DNA of 64,000 nucleotides from Asterias rubens (taxonomy: Eukaryota). Within the stretch, counting starts at the first letter, position 1, and each line of letters starts with the position of its first letter. The stretch spans positions 12,958,001 to 13,022,000 of the forward strand of contig NC_047074.1 in assembly GCF_902459465.1 (NCBI RefSeq), in the 5' to 3' direction. This document shows positions 63,185 to 64,000 of this stretch, one piece after another. The notes beneath the pieces were generated by a model. That model was not told where the DNA came from and searched no databases. It saw nothing but the letters and a program-made list of their open reading frames with translations. The position numbers were made by a program, and so were the translations under genes.

Positions 63185-63212
63185 GTATTCCAGTCCCTCT
63201 AAACAATCATGT

Positions 63213-63592
63213 TTTAGGGAATGTACACGTTTGGTAATTGTCAAAGACCAGTCTTCTCACTTGGTGTATCCCAACATAAGCATAAAATAACAAGCCTGTG
63301 AAAATATGAGCTAAGTTGGTCATCGAAGTTGTGAGAAAATGACGAGAGAAAAACCACCCTTGCTGGACGAATTTGTGTGCTTTCAGATAGGAATAAAAGA
63401 CTTTTGGCTACTACAGAAGTATTTTATTATTTTAGTGAGAAATTACCCTTTTCTTAAAATCTATGCCACTTCAGAGGGAGCCGTGTCTCACCAAGTTTTA
63501 TACTGTCAACAGCTCTCCAATGCTCGCTACCAAGTCAGTTTTAAAGTTGATATTTGTTTTGAGTAATTACCAAACGTGTACCTTCCCTTTAA
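63213..63592 (+). mobile_element. MITE family A, diverged TIR subfamily
   Basis: agggaatgtacacgtttggtaatt..aattaccaaacgtgtaccttccct-ttaa; family A interior. Confidence 0.85.
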
Positions 63593-64000
63593 AACAGAGT
63601 AACTCGGAAAAGTGTTATATAATTTAACTGGCCCTAACAACCCTTTAAAATGATTTTTGGGGATTACAATCAAGTTAATGCAGAACAACAAAAGTCCGGA
63701 TGGTACCCTCATTTTATGTCCATATTGGTTGACTGTATGACTCAAAGATGAGAGAAAAATAAGCTATAGGATACAACATCGTACAACCATCTTAATTGTT
63801 GTGTACAATCCTTTTACTGTTGTGTTGATTTTAGCTTTAATATTATCATATACGTATTTGTATTTTTAGTCTTGTTATGTATGTCAGATGCTGAGGATCT
63901 CGACATATAGGGTGAGGTGCTGCTCTCACCTCCACTTTTTGTCCTGTTAATTACTTAACTAATTTTCGTTTGAGTTTATTTTGTTTCCTCCTTGATGGTT

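Noticed and set aside
60072-60599. 175-aa minus-strand ORF
   Set aside because: Overlaps exon 90 antisense, and has no recognisable motif or splice context.

Overview
AT-rich eukaryotic genomic DNA, probably a marine invertebrate. The repeat complement looks echinoderm-like, but I cannot confirm the taxon. The whole window lies inside ONE giant + strand gene that is open at both ends. I traced 96 coding exons by hand (164..63184, 17,177 nt, about 5,725 aa). All 95 introns are phase-compatible; 94 are GT-AG and one is probably GC-AG. Protein architecture, N to C: two SAP-like helical motifs; 12 tandem ~190-aa cysteine-rich repeats that I cannot assign to a known family; two furin-type sites; a helical then beta-rich region; about 18 FN3/Ig-like 'DxTPP...W..F.D.ESGI..Y' repeats, one carrying a PAN/Apple insert and one carrying a LamG/ConA-like insert with a 27-bp coding VNTR; then further furin-type sites. 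No start, signal peptide, transmembrane segment or stop is inside the window. The introns are full of TTAA-flanked Kolobok/T2-type MITEs, CWG-flanked PIF/Harbinger-type MITEs, tRNA-derived SINEs, foldback elements and LINE remnants. There are no rRNA, true tRNA or CRISPR features. Coordinates were counted by hand: exon edges follow splice signals and frame, while repeat edges are approximate.
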